A stretch of DNA of 64,000 bases from assembly GCF_006345805.1 (NCBI RefSeq), contig NC_043002.1, forward strand, positions 64,976,001 to 65,040,000, written 5' to 3'. This DNA is from Octopus sinensis. Lineage: Eukaryota. Below are positions 1 to 14,000 of this stretch, piece by piece (position 1 is the stretch's first letter; every line of letters begins with the position of its first letter). A program made the position numbers and the translations under genes. The notes beneath the pieces are model-generated. The model did not search any database. It was given only the letters and a program-made list of their open reading frames with translations, and was not told the DNA's origin.

Positions 1-170
1 AGTATGTGGTGAAGCAATTCAGGGAGCTTTTGATATGATATCACCATGTCGCGCACATGTGGTATATGTGCCTAGTGTACCCTATCAGAGGGGTAGTCGT
101 GATGGTCATACTGGGCTTCGTATATTTTACTCCAGTGTCACTTTGATGGCATGCAGTGCTCTCTCATTCA
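1..170 (+). mobile_element. 3' part of a non-coding repeat ending in an (AAT)n tail
   Basis: Aligns by eye to 34640-34797 (atatgagatcaccat..gcgcacat..gtgcctagtgtaccct..ctctctcactcaataataat) and to the reverse complement of 41275-41351. Confidence 0.7.
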
Positions 171-239
171 ATAATAATAATAATAACATCGAAAATAAAT
201 ACCTTAGAAATGAAAACCCAGGTTCGAAATTTGCTCAAG

Positions 240-283
240 ACACCTGAAGAAGGCTGGATGGTATATCAGCCGAAACGCCGCGT
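240..283 (+). ncRNA. Degenerate minimal hammerhead ribozyme in a probable Penelope-type terminal repeat (~185-340)
   Basis: acac-CTGAAGA(244-250)-a-ggctg/gatggtatat/cagcc-GAAA(272-275)-cgcc-gcgt. Stem II is perfect; the cleavage-triplet U is missing in the register that preserves stem I. Confidence 0.55.
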
Positions 284-1295
284 TAACAACAAACAAGATG
301 AGGAAAAATATCCGCCGAATGTAAGTAATGTAAATAATGTAAATATACCACTGTTTCCTCTTTCTTCGTTGGCTTACACACTGTTATGCAGGTATATGTT
401 CAAGCGTGTGGTGCACCAAAATTTCCCCTTGGCAGCAAACTGAGCACAGATATGTATGTTTTTAAAGAGAAAACAGATATGCACCGGCAATATTTTAAGA
501 TACGAATGAAGAATGAACACACACATCTACCAGGTTTACAAGTTTTGTTTTAAACGTATGATGGAACCTGTTCGGAGATCCACGAGAAGGAAACAAACAT
601 TTTCATTTTTATATAGAATAAAAATTTTCGGACAATAATGTACTTTTTACTTCACTACAAAATTTTACCTGGTAGTTGTCATTTTACTTTTAGACAACTC
701 ATGCTGACACATTTTTGTTCCCAGAGAACAAGCAAAAAAGAAAATATTTTAAAACTGATTTTTTTTATTCAACAGAGAAAACACTATCTTCTTTACAGTC
801 TTTGTTTTTTTTATATATTTTTTCCTTGCCATATTGCTATGAATGTCTATTTCGATGTCGTTGCTTTCTGTGACAGATTTTTTGCTAATAAATTATTGAT
901 AATTTAGTGTTGGTTCTAAATTGGCATTCTGTTCTGTTCTGATATTTTTCTCCTATATTCTGCGCTGTTTTACAATTTATTCTTGCTTTTCTTTTCGTCT
1001 CAAGTAGTGACTGCGTCGTTGTCATTATGTTTAGAACTAGTCACTTTCGGTGTAATAGACCAAAATTAATTAAATAAACAATAAACAAAATAATGTTAAA
1101 AAAATATCTTAAAATAGCCAATATTTTCCTTCTCTCTGTAGGTATCCAGAGACATTCCATAATGATTCTTCGAAAGAAATATTCAAAAGAAAACGCTTTT
1201 TCCGTTAATGTCGCTGGTTAGAGAAAATAAAAAGACGAATCACTGGAGCGATAAGTCAAACATCTTCCCATGTTATATAATAATAATAAATGATG

Positions 1296-1368
<73 letters not shown>

Positions 1369-2496
1369 GGGCTGGATGTTAAAACTTGTCTCAGAACTTG
1401 AAAACAAGAAAGCATCATCCTCAGTAACAAAACAGGCAAAGGAATATCTAAGTGTATTCCGAATACAACAAATTTCGGAATTAGACACACAAGAAATAAA
1501 CACAGAAAAAGCTAAGTGTATGAAAACCCGTGATAAAACTGCTGCCTCAGATATTCTGAATGATAAATGGCAAGAAAATCCTCTCAATGGCAAATACCCA
1601 AAGAGAGTGAATACTGTAGATGTTGACAAAGCCCTGACCCATCAATGGCTAATGACATCTGGTTTAAAATTTGAAACAGAAGGGTTTATCATAGCAGCTC
1701 AATGCCTACAAACAAGGAACTACCAGGTCAACATATTAAATAACGGCAGTAGCCCAACATGCCGTGTATGTCAACAACAAAATGAAACAATTGATCATCT
1801 TGTCTCCAAGTGCATTCTTCTTGCGCCTACAGAGTATCTCAACAAGCATGATAGAGCTGCACAATATATTCACTGGGTAATTTGCAAAAGCCTGGTCTTG
1901 CCCCATGATAAAAATTGGTGGTAGCACAAACCACTTCCAGTGCTTGAAAATGACCACATCTCACTCCTCTGGAACTTCACGAATAGGCCAGACATCATAG
2001 TAAAAGACTTCAGACAAAAAGCATGCCTCCTCATTGATATGACTGTCTCAATTGATATAAACGTATCTGTCAAGACCAACCAAAAAAATGAGCAAATATA
2101 AAGATCTGGAAATAGAAATCAGCAAAATATGGAACCTGAAGACTAAAACAATACCTGTTTTCATAGGTGCCCTGGGAATGATAGCAAAAGGCGCTGATTG
2201 CTACCTAACTCAGATACCAGGAAACCCCAAAATGGCAGAAATTCAAAAAAAAATAGTGCTCATGGGAACTGCTCATATCCTACGCAATATATTTTCTATG
2301 TAATCTCAAGTTTTAAAACAAACATAATTTTCGTATGGTTTTCTAGGCACTCACTAGTACAACACGAAGTACAAAACCAAGTATATGGCACCCTAGGCGT
2401 AACACCAATATGAACTTCCAACTTGTTGTCTCTTGGGGTCTCTGGGTGAGACTTGGTGCCAGCTTGTGCAAATGTAAAGCAAAAGTCAAACATGGA
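1369..2496 (+). mobile_element. 5'-truncated R4/Dong-type RLE non-LTR retrotransposon
   Basis: CCHC finger CRVCQQQNETIDHLVSKC, HDRAAQYIHW, NRPDIIVKD, KYKDLEIEI..IPVFIGALG across stops and frameshifts. Flanked by (TAA)n on both sides; homologous to 39170-40181. Confidence 0.9.
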
Positions 2497-2819
2497 ATAA
2501 TAATAATAATAATAATAATAATATAATAATAATAATAATAATAATAACAACAAAAACAAGTATCTAGCGGACACATTCTAAGAAAGGACGGCAAATCTTT
2601 TTTACAATATTGGGTTCCTTCAACTGCATTTAGCCTCCCTCAGAAAGAGAATATATTTCAAAATATGTCTTAATATATATCTTATCGGCACTATTATCAA
2701 TGCCTCAGTCGTCTTCATTACTTACAGTAACACTGTAGCCATCAACGCGACATGTTGATTCCGTGTGTCAGCCTTATTATCCTATGAATTAAGGGTAAGA
2801 TGATGCACTTTATATTCTT

Positions 2820-2977
2820 GAGTGGCTGTGGGGTAAGTAGCTTGCTTACCAACCACATGATCCCGGTTACAGTCCCACAGTGTGAGACCTTGGGCAAGTG
2901 TCTCCTACTATAGCCTCGGGCCGGCCAAAGCCTTGTGAGTGGATTTGATAGATAGAAACTGAAAGAAAGCTGTCGTA

Positions 2978-3028
<51 letters not shown>

Positions 3029-3248
3029 ATATATACACTTGTGTGTCTGTGTTTGACATCCCAACATCGCTTGACAACCGATACTGCTGTGTTATTTCCC
3101 CGTAACTAGTGGTTCGGCAAAGGAGACCGATAGAATAAATACTAGGCTTACAAAGAATAAGTCCCAGGGTTGATTTGCTCGACTAAAGGCAGTGCTCCAG
3201 CTTGGCCACAGTCAAATGACTGAAACAAGTTAAAGAGTAAAGAGTAAA
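2820..3248 (+). mobile_element. tRNA-derived SINE, family A (central TA/TG microsatellite, AAAGAGT tail repeats)
   Basis: A/B-box-like head (gtggctgtggggtaag..ggttacagtccc); many dispersed copies in the window. Confidence 0.85.
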
Positions 3249-3736
3249 ATATGACCAAGGTATTCCAAATTATAGACGTAAAGAGATCAGCTGTTCTACA
3301 TAATATAATTAATAAGAAGGATTAACCATTCTCCTTCTTAGTCTTGAATATTGAAATTGCTTGATAAATTTCACTTTTGATAGGTGACAGCGTTAAAGCA
3401 GTTCCATTTTTTCCTCTAATTTTTATAATATTCAACGATAGCTTTCGAACGAAATTATCAGCCAAAATAGATTTGTACAATTCTACAATAAAGTCTTTGA
3501 AATGTTCCATATATTTTCGATATCTGCCACCATATGTTGTTTCACTAAAAACACACACACATACACGTTCACATAAAATTTGACGAGAATAAATAGGGAT
3601 TTAACAGTAGTCTAACACTAGGGCACCAGACTTGTGACACTTTTACCAACACGTCAAATTCATGATTTTGAGGTGAAATAAGCATCAGAGAGGCTTTCCT
3701 TACACTGATACTGTATGAGCTACATATACGTGTGAA

Positions 3737-4060
3737 CGCGCGTGGCTTAGTGGTTAGGGCATTCGGCTGGCGATAGTAAGGTCGTGAGCTCAATTCCCTG
3801 CGATGCGTTGTGTCCTTAAGCAAGACTCTTTATTTCACCTTGCTCCAGTCCACTCAGCTGGCAAAAATGAGCTGTACCTGTATTTCAAAAGGCCAGCCTT
3901 GTCCCACTCTGTATAACGCTCAATCACCCTGAGAACTACGTTCGGGGCACACTTGTCTGTGGATTTCTCAGTCACACTTGCACGTTAATTTAACGAGCAA
4001 GTTGTTCCGTCGAACGTATCGGCTGGGACCCTCGTTGTCGTAACAGACAGAGTGCTCCTT
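3737..4060 (+). mobile_element. tRNA-derived SINE, family C
   Basis: cgtggcttagtggttaggg..ggtcgtgagctcaattccc head; colinear copy at 24361-24680. Confidence 0.8.
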
Positions 4061-4260
4061 TTTTTACATATACGTATTGTATGTTGTTCTTCTGGTGGTG
4101 ACTAAAACTATTACTAGTTTAGAAACTCATCTGTACCATCAACAGGTGTTTCGGCGTAAGAGATGTTTTGCCCTTAACTGTACGCTGCTCGTAACGGCTG
4201 CAGCGATGACCAGCTTATACATCACAAGCGGCAATTATTTATTATTTATATTTCAATGTA

Positions 4261-4475
4261 AGGCAGCGAGCTGGCAGGATCGTTAGGACAGCGGGCAAAA
4301 TGCTTAGCGGAATTCTTTTGTCATTAAGACTTGCGCTCAAATTCCTCCCAGATCCACTTTGCATTTCATCCTTTCGCGTTTGATAAAATAAGTACCAGTT
4401 GAGCACTGGGATCAATTCAAACGGCATACTCCCTTCCGCTAAATTGCTGGCTTTGATTCAAAATTTGAAACCAAT
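4261..4475 (+). mobile_element. tRNA-derived SINE, family B
   Basis: ggcagcgagctggcaggatcgttag..ctcaaattcc..tttcatcctttc..aagtaccagtt; several copies elsewhere in the window. Confidence 0.8.
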
Positions 4476-5644
4476 AATTATATTTCGACCTATAATGTTC
4501 TAAATTTCCCTTCTTTAACTGTACATACAACAAGCAAGTGCTTGGCACTTGTTATCTTGTAAAATAATTTGCATTTTTTATTACTATGTCTACTCGGTCA
4601 TGCCTTAATGATTGCAATATTCCCTTAACGCGTTCAGTTTAAACTTTAATACTGATTCTGTGCGCAAGCAAGAGATTTAAGTTCTCTCTCTATTGTTATC
4701 TAGTGTGCTAATGAATTGCATATATTGCCGGAACAGGACGACTGGCCATGATGAAAAAAACACAAGTAAATAAGATCTGTAACATTATTTTTTGTACCAT
4801 GATCCTTATGGGTGCTATTTAAAAAAGCTCTTAAAGGAGCTGCAAGAGGTACAATAAGAGGTATTCAATGATCAGAGTCTACTGTATGATTCATACCGAA
4901 TTTGTGTTGTGAGAATATTGCAGCAGCGTTATGTAACGTTTCTTTCACAGTCGTATCTGATGGCGAATTTTATTTACTTATTTATTATTATTCACGTTGT
5001 TTATTTGTATGTATATTTATGTATTTATTTGGCAATGAAGTATTTTCTAATCGATCGAGTGTAAGACTACGTGACTCAATACCTGACTGATATTACTGAG
5101 AAAGAAGCAGAGATATCTCGAAGCATTCCCAAACAGAATTTGGCAAAGTCAAAATAAGGTGCTTGATGAAGCATAATAGAATATAACATAAAGAGCTGTT
5201 ATGCACAGTACGCATATTCTTTTAGGAACAATGAAATGAGAAACTTCTTCTTCCGCTCATAAATCGTAAGAAAATTAAAATATAAAGGGGTTACAAAAGT
5301 AAGTCTACTCACCCACAAGCTGTACCACTAATTTTATTCTACCGTCTTTCAAGATTTACACCAACAGAAATGCTCAGATTTTATCTAAATACACTGCTTC
5401 AAAATTATAACATTGTGTCAACATATTCATTCTTACATACAAAGATATACACCCATAACATATACATGCATGTGTGGCGGGGTGCGTGTGGAGGGAGGTG
5501 TGTGGCTTAGTGGTTAGGGTAATGCTGGTAATGTTGGTAGATTAGTTGTGCAAAGAGTCAAACATACGCAACAGGTGGTGGATGTACAGAAGCATTAACG
5601 TAAATCCGGCCTTCGACTTCAGGGTGGAAAGACGTATTCTTATA

Positions 5645-5773
5645 TTATTTTACTAGTTTCAGTCATTTGAGTGCAGCCATGGTGGAGCACCGTAATTAGT
5701 CATTGTAAGCCTAGTAATTATTCTATCGGTCACTTTTTGCTGAACCGCTAACCGCTATGTTACGGAGACAAAC

Positions 5774-5775
<2 letters not shown>
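5645..5775 (-). mobile_element. SINE family A, 3' half
   Basis: Reverse complement matches the family A tail (gcggtt..gaccgatagaat..tgctccaccatggctgcactcaaatgactgaaac). Confidence 0.7.
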
Positions 5776-5819
<44 letters not shown>

Positions 5820-5823
<4 letters not shown>

Positions 5824-7590
5824 ATATTTCGGAATGGTCATTTTGCCAGTTTAGCCAATAAAAACACACGCACTATATATATGGTGTTACTTTGCTTCAG
5901 TGTTATTTATTTTTTACATTAATTTTAATCTTATTTCGGCCAGAGTTCTTTCGTCACACTCCTGTGACCGCATCAGTGGTCCTTTGTTTTCTTCTTTCTT
6001 ATTTGTGTCTCTCCTTACTAACCGACAGCCATTTGTATTTCTATTGAATGTCTTCATTTGGGCATGCTTATATCTCTATGTGCATCTATGTTCATCCAGT
6101 GTGTGTGGGGGGGATGCCTGAAATATTTGTATCTTCTGTTTATATACGTTCATGTAATTTGTTTTTGTTGTTGTTGTTTTTGTTTATTCTTATTTTGTTC
6201 ATGTGTATACATCCACTCATTATCATCATTACATATGCTTGTATGTATGTATGTATGTATGTATAACATCAATACTAGTAATAATAATAATAAATAAATA
6301 AAAAAACTTATATAGTTATTTATTTCTATTTGTTTATTTATCTATGTATTTATTATGTTTTCAGGATTCTCTACCGTCATATGTTGTGGTGTGTGCTAGT
6401 GTTCCATTCTAGTTTCCTATTCAGGCTATGTTTATTTTCTATTATGTGTGTAGCTTCTCTCATTTGTCTGATTGTTGCATCTGTTCTATGTGTGGACAAT
6501 ATTTGAATTTCTATGTTGTTGATTGATCCCCCGTGTTCCTGTTCGGCGTATAGGTACATAATCGATGAGCTTTTACCTTCCTTGAGTTATCTCCAATGTT
6601 CATTTACCCGCTCTTCTATGTTTCTTGCCGTTTCCCCTACATATGTCGTTGTCTTGTTACTACATCGTCCCTCTGTACATCTTATACTATAGACTACATT
6701 TCTGGCTTTACAGTTTGTTTGTGGGCTAAATCTACATACAGTACAGTAATTATCCGTACATGGGGTTCTACTAAAAGGATAGGTTCTACCAATTATAGAT
6801 TTGATAGGGTTGCCTGGCTTTTCAACAACCTTAATCCTTAGCTAAAGTTTGTCTAGGGTCCTTCTAAAGCGGTACGCCAGTTCACCTCCAGGGGTGGTGT
6901 CAACGAACATGACACTCTGGTATTTATGTCTATCATACCAAGAGTTGGCCTTCCCTATTTTCTTTTTTGTCCTTTCTATAGTGTTCCATGACTTGTTCCT
7001 ATAGAGTGGGCAAATCCCATTCTTAACATTACATGATATGTTATCAAATTTCTTCATGGCTCCTTTGTATACTCTGATCCTTTCTTTATGGCTGTAACCT
7101 GAGAACTGCATGCGGTGAATGGAATATTGTACGAGTCTCTTTAACTCTGTAGGCTCGCACATGCGTGACACATTTCCCATTATTCTGACGAGGTCTGCCA
7201 TCCAAATATTGAATTTGACATTGTCTGCAATGGCTGAGTTCCGGTGGATCAAGTATTTTGAGGCCATAGGTTTGGCATAGTACGAATGAAGGATTTGGGT
7301 TTTATTATTCACAATTTCTAGCCAGAGTTCAGTGTCTAGTACTGGTAGTCTATGGTTGGGGTGCTTAGTAGGGTAGTCTATTGTGACCTTAATACTCTGG
7401 TGGATGGAGTTAGCTATTTGCTGGATGCTCTCCATAGTATTAGTTTCTATTACTATATCAACAGTACTCTCTTGTGGGGGTGCCTTTACCACTATGTTGA
7501 TATCATCAACATAGCGAGAGTACATGTTTACGAGTATGGAGTTCTGTGTTAGGCGTTCTTTAAGCTTTCTGTCGCACCATACCATGAAAA
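5820..7590 (-). mobile_element. 5'-truncated Penelope-like element (RT C-terminus, GIY-YIG, terminal repeat)
   Basis: ORF 6842-7585 has YSRYVDDI, LPVLDTELW and YYAKPMASKYLIH. Downstream broken frames give YVGETARNIEERVNEH and REATHIIENKHSLN (GIY-YIG). (TA)n on both sides. Confidence 0.9.
5938..5982 (-). ncRNA. Hammerhead-like ribozyme (variant core CTGATGC) in the PLE terminal repeat
   Basis: Minus strand: ggacca-CTGATGC-g-gtcac/aggagt/gtgac-GAAA-g-aa-CTC-tggcc. Stems I, II and a minimal stem III are present. Confidence 0.6.
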
Positions 7591-7604
7591 GGTATATACA
7601 AATA

Positions 7605-7637
<33 letters not shown>

Positions 7638-8520
7638 TTGAGTAGTAGAATGAATTATCTTGTTATAGATAATTCGGTTAACCGATACCTGGGTAGCAAA
7701 TTCACATCAGAGAAGACACGTTTGAAGTTACGTGCTTTCGTGTGGAAATTTGTATGTTTTTTTTTAAATATAAATATATATATGAAAGAATGGAGTTGAA
7801 CGACGAATTAACAAAATTCCTTTATTTTCGATATATGTTTCGAAGGCTGCATATTCCTAATTGCGAAGGAATAAGGAGTATATAATGCCGCTTTCTCATC
7901 AGGAAAAGCAAGGAACTTATGTCAACATCAAGATGCACAAAAAACTTTTAGATGACAGCTCACACGGAGCCCATAGCGATAATGAGTGTCTCTTTAAAAA
8001 ATTCCTTTATAAGGAGTGACGTCAAAATGGTTGGATGTAGAAAATTCTAGAAGGTTCTAAAGGTTCAAGGGTTCAAACGAAGTAGGAGAAGAGAGGCATA
8101 AGAATAGGAAGGTGAAAGGGTGCAGTTCAAATGAATGGTGAATTTTCTTTTGTGAATAAAGTCTGTGTGTGTGACTGTATATAACTGCATTAATGTGTGT
8201 GTGTGCGTGTATGTGTGTGCGTGATTGTGTTTGTGGATGGGTGGATGTCAGAAAACAGACAGTGGTGAGGTGAACAGTTTGTGTCTGTGTGTTTGATTGT
8301 GCTTACTATAGATAGAGGGAAAGAGAGAGAGAAAAGGAGAGAAAGAGGAGGGTGAGGTATAGGGACAAAGGTAACACATACCTCACTGGATTGCGTGGTA
8401 GTTCTTTGAGAGTATAAAAATAATTTTTTGACTATGGGGGTGAAATATATAAAAAAAGAGTTATATTAATTAAAATTCAAGGGGCTAACTATATTAATCA
8501 TTATTCATATGATTGAAATC
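7638..8520 (-). mobile_element. Probable Penelope-like 3' end / terminal-repeat remnant
   Basis: Bounded by TA-rich sequence, carries a hammerhead fold followed by AATAAA and a low-complexity UTR. No clear ORF. Confidence 0.5.
7817..7915 (-). ncRNA. Type I hammerhead ribozyme with long stem II
   Basis: Minus strand: ttccttgcttttc-CTGATGA-gaaagcggcat...atgcagccttc-GAAA-catat-ATC-gaaaataaaggaa. Stem I is 5+6 bp around a 2x2 internal loop; stem II base pairs at 9 of 11 positions. Confidence 0.75.
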
Positions 8521-8619
8521 ATATGAATTGTAAGTTTGTTTGCATGTTTGTGCGTTTTGTGTGTATATATGAATGTATATACTTATGTATATATATATAT
8601 GTATATTCTTTTGTTCTTT

Positions 8620-8950
8620 TATTTTACTTGTTTCAGTCATTTCACTGTGGCCATGCTAGAGCACAGCTTTCAGTCGAACAAATCGTCTCCTGGACTTGTG
8701 TTTTTATAAGTATAGTGCTTATTCTATCGAATTTTTTTTCTGAACCGCTAAGTTACAGAACGTAAACGCACCAGTATTAGTTGTCAAGCGATGGTGGTGG
8801 TGGTGGTGGTGGTGGTCAAGCACAGACACATAAATACACATATACGTCTACCAAATCCACTCACAAGACTTTGGTCGGCCCAAGATGGCACTGAACCCAG
8901 AACCATGTGGTTGGTAAGCAAGCTACATACCACACAGCCACTCCTGCGCC
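8620..8950 (-). mobile_element. SINE family A (internally deleted)
   Basis: Reverse complement matches both the head (ggcgcaggagtggctgtgtggta) and the tail. Confidence 0.8.
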
Positions 8951-9655
8951 TATATATATGTGTGTGTCTATGTATATTTATTACTATGTCTCGAAGATTT
9001 TGGTTGTTGCCTTCAGCTTGAACCTAACCATGTCCTTTTTTATTACGGTATCACGCACATGCGCATAACGAGGCACACACACGAAAATACGCGTGTCGTA
9101 AGCAAAACAGCCGATGCATTGTAATTTAATACGTCCACTTCCGCTTATGAACTTTGGCGTTCTACGAACATGGATGTTTAGCATCACATATTCAGAAAGA
9201 ATCTTCAAGTCATATGTACGCATGCATAATACGAATGTATGCTAACATATATAGGTGCGCGCAACTTATCACGCACACGCGCGCGCAGTCGCAGACAAGC
9301 ACACAAAGAAGCAAACCTATGTGGGAGTGGGTGTGTGTATGTGTGTGTGTGTGCGTGTGTGTGTGTGCGTCTGTGCTTGCGGAAGAGGCAGTTTACATAC
9401 GTTTATGTAGTATGTAGTACGTTTCTAATCATGAATGTTTTTCTGATTATACATAGCAATAGATAGATAGATAGATAGATTGAGAGAGAGAGAGAGAGAT
9501 AGGAACATAGATATATGTATATATACATATATTCCCATATATGTGTGTGTGTGTGTGTGTGTGAATGGGTACGTGTGCAAGTTTGTGTATGTGGGTGCGT
9601 GTACTGGCATATATATATATACGTACATACATGTATGTAGTTATATATGTATGTG

Positions 9656-9699
<44 letters not shown>

Positions 9700-10304
9700 T
9701 TAGTTTGTATGTGTGTGTATGCATGTATGTGATGTAGCATTGTTTTGCTGCTCGAGTGGGAGGTTACTTGTATCTTAGAAGGGCGTATTGCCGCGTATTC
9801 CGCTAATATAATGTTGTCATGCATTGAAAGTAGATTCTCTAAGCCATTAACAAGCGAAAGGGCATTGTGAAATAATAGAATCGCAACAGCAATTTTGGAA
9901 TATTTCCCAATATCACGAAAAGCTGATGTCGAGTTCTTTCAGCACTTCGTATTCTCGTACAACACGTTTCTTCACTTGTCTTGACTTTTGATTCTTCTCC
10001 TCTGTGTTCGGTATTGCACTGAATATTCGGGTATTGTATTGCTTTATATTGCACGGGTGTTGGGCACTGACGTTTCCCCCTCCTTTCCTTAAATGCAATT
10101 TGTCATGTGTCGTAAAAAGATTTGTACAGATTCAAAGATCAACAAGTTTAATATATACACACTTATATAATATACATATATGTGTGCGTGTGTGTGTGTG
10201 TGTGTGTGTATACAATAAATATAAGAAGAAACGTGAGTGCATGAATGCTCCTAAGAGATTATTATGCAGATGTATACATGACATACACACATACACATAT
10301 ATGT

Positions 10305-10363
<59 letters not shown>

Positions 10364-10441
10364 CGTATAAGTTTATATCTTTATGTATATACATATATAT
10401 ATACATGTATATATATACACACATATATAGTTATAAATATA

Positions 10442-10502
<61 letters not shown>

Positions 10503-10879
10503 TATATATATATAATATATATATATATATAGAGAGAGAGTGAGAGAGAGATTTTGTGTATATATGTGAGCGTGTGTGAGCATGTATTTATGTATATATC
10601 CGTTCATAATTTTAGGCATGGTTACATCTATATACATTTATGCATCAAAAGAGAGAGAGAGAGAGGCGTGAAGAAAGGAGGGAGAGAGATGTTTATATAT
10701 ATATGTATAGAGAGAGAAAGGGAAATGTCTCTGTATAAATACATATATTTCCGTATATGAGCTGTTACGTACCACACTGTCAAATATACATTCACATATA
10801 AATATATATGTACGTATATGTATATAATGTTTATATATATATGTGTGTATATATATATGTGTGTATATATATATATATA

Positions 10880-10929
<50 letters not shown>

Positions 10930-11492
10930 GTATGTATGTATGTATGTATATATATATATATCTATATATATAATATATATGTATGTATATATATATGCAT
11001 GTATGTATGTATGTATGTATGTAGGCTTCATGAGTGCGTAGATTGGCTGTGTGAGGAGGGGGTGCCCATGTACCAACTTTTATAGATGTATATGTATAAT
11101 TCATTCACTCCTCTATATAACATGTGTACATGTGTATGAAGGTAGGACCGTCCTCCTAGGGAATATAACGAAAATGTGAATTTTGTTATTCAAACAAAAC
11201 GAAAACATAAAAGCGAAGAGAACAACATATCACATTATATTAATCTACACCAGTTTTGTCGCCAGGCAGATGATATACTAACGTTTGCTTTGACAATTCA
11301 CATCCTGGTTCCTGAATCAGCCATGTTTTATAAACCCTTTCATACTGAACTGTTTCAATGAAGGTGGCATGTTTAGAATTTCATGAATATATGTAAGGCC
11401 GATTTTTGGGGTGGCTATAGTTTGGGGTGTGTGATGTTGTGATCAGGAGAGATTGAAATCACTGTGTGCACACATTCGTGCGTCATATAAAC

Positions 11493-11596
<104 letters not shown>

Positions 11597-11666
11597 TGTA
11601 TGTATGTATGTATGTATGTATGTATGTATATATATATGTATATATATATATATAATATATATATAT

Positions 11667-11716
<50 letters not shown>

Positions 11717-12057
11717 AAACATATTTAGTGAAGAGGTGAAAGGAAGAGAGAGAATGTGTTGGATGTAGACAAAGATACATAGCCATATACACATGAAAAT
11801 ACATTCACATTTTCATATTTGGCTGCGAAAATATTTATACAAATGTGCAATGCAATGCATGCATTTACATGAAGGCGCTGATTCATACCTACACAAACAA
11901 ACTCATTCAGTCAAACAAATACGTACACACAAACATGTACGCACATGCATATATTTGTATCTATGTTGACATATTGATAAACTTATGCTTATATATATAC
12001 ACATATTTATATATATATACATGCATATATTTATATATATACATATATACACACATA

Positions 12058-12107
<50 letters not shown>

Positions 12108-12354
12108 ATATTTATGCAGAGGATAGCTTTGTTCCCAAATGCAAAAAACGCCACATAAATTTATACTAAATATTGTACCACCAAACTGAAAATCTAGTAT
12201 GTGCGCTTGTAAACATATTCATAAATGCTTCAGTAAATAAGAGATTATATATGGCTATATATATATATTTATACATATGCATACACATTTATTTAAATAC
12301 TCTAAGACTATCCATACAACTGGGCACGCATATGAATATACGTACATATATATA

Positions 12355-12408
<54 letters not shown>

Positions 12409-12794
12409 GCAAATTTGGTGATAGGATAATGTGGTGTTTTTGGAGTTGTTTGTTGTTTAAAGATTTAAATAAAAGGAAAAGCTGAAAATGCATCCATAAA
12501 ACATGAAAAAGAAGGCGAATTGCATATCATCAAAACATGAATAGTAAAGGACATTATCAATATGATGCTGCTTGAAACTCCAAGCAATGTGACATCTTTT
12601 CCGATGCTATACATAAATGTGCGTGTGATACCTTTTTTTGTTTACAATATTTTCTTGTTGCCTGTCGAATGCGTTTTCACTTCAGCAGTAATCGTGCTGA
12701 CTCTTTCATCGTAACACTGGAATTGTTTTCTTTCATTCCCTTCTCCATGCTTCTCTTTCTCTCACTATTTATACATACCCTACGTATACATGCA

Positions 12795-12864
<70 letters not shown>

Positions 12865-13138
12865 AATATATATACATGCATTCATATATATATGTATATA
12901 TACATACAGACACATACCTATATATATATGTACATATACATATATGTATTTATATACGAAGGTATGTATAAATATGTGTATGTATATATACACCAGTAGT
13001 ATTATGATATACATCTAAAGCCGGATATCGTTTGATCCCAATGATATGCAAATTTTCATGTAATACATTATGTAATAGATTTGTGTGAAAATATTTGGTG
13101 TCAAAATCTTGCTCCATGCTAAATTATTATTATTATTA

Positions 13139-13180
<42 letters not shown>

Positions 13181-13329
13181 CGTTATCGTCATCGTCATCA
13201 TCATCATCATCATCATTATCCTCCTCCTCCTCATCATCATCATCACCATTATTATTAGTATTCGTATTTTTATTGAGTGCTTTACATTTCTAACAAGCGT
13301 AGTTCAGTGTGCCAGCGTTACGTGACATA

Positions 13330-14000
13330 TTTCACTTTGGTCTCGCATCTCCCTTACAGAGTCTAGAATGCCTGTGACTTATCTACAATGCTTAATGCTT
13401 AAACTTTTTGTATGCGTCTAAATTCGTATGTCTCGTGTTTTCAGCTTTGTATTCACGAACAAGTTCATTATGCATTTCAAGCCACCTATCATCATAAGTA
13501 TTGTTTCTGTTTTCCTCGAGTTAATTGTAGTTTCGCTAGTTTATCTTAAATCCATGTACTCTTTGATTTTTTTCTTTATGAAATACAGATCATGGCTGTC
13601 ACATTTATTAGTAGACACGTTCTTTTCTAGCGAGATTAGGTAACATCTGCTTGAATACGCCTGAATTTCTAGTCCGTTGCTATCCCAGTCTATTGGAGTC
13701 AAATCCCAGAGTATTGGCTCCGGAATGAAGTTCATGCCTATGCGTATAAAACTTCTTTACTCTTTCTCTTTAACGATGGTGCCATAACATTCAGTGTCTT
13801 GTAACCTCTCAGCTTTATCATGTTTTCTTCTAGTTATTCTTATTAGGGAGAAAAGTCTTGGTGTCACGACAAAATAACTCATCCATACTGCAAGCTATGA
13901 AATGATATCACATGGAGAATCTAATGCAAGCGGATCTATAAGAAGCTCAGAAATGATCAAATTGTCTACCTCCAGCTTAAGCCAAACGTTAAATTTGTAC
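13330..14000 (-). mobile_element. Highly degenerate RLE-type LINE 3' remnant (tentative)
   Basis: Broken frames resemble an RLE C-terminus (HFIAC.., ..DLYFIKKK..); abuts (TTA)n at 13122-13260. Confidence 0.3.

Noticed and set aside
1124-1221. Plus-strand exon after a strong acceptor (ttttccttctctctgtag)
   Set aside because: Weak donor, two of three frames closed, no recognisable peptide.
2820-2890. tRNA genes at SINE heads
   Set aside because: A/B-box-like motifs only, with no full cloverleaf, and they run into repeat bodies.
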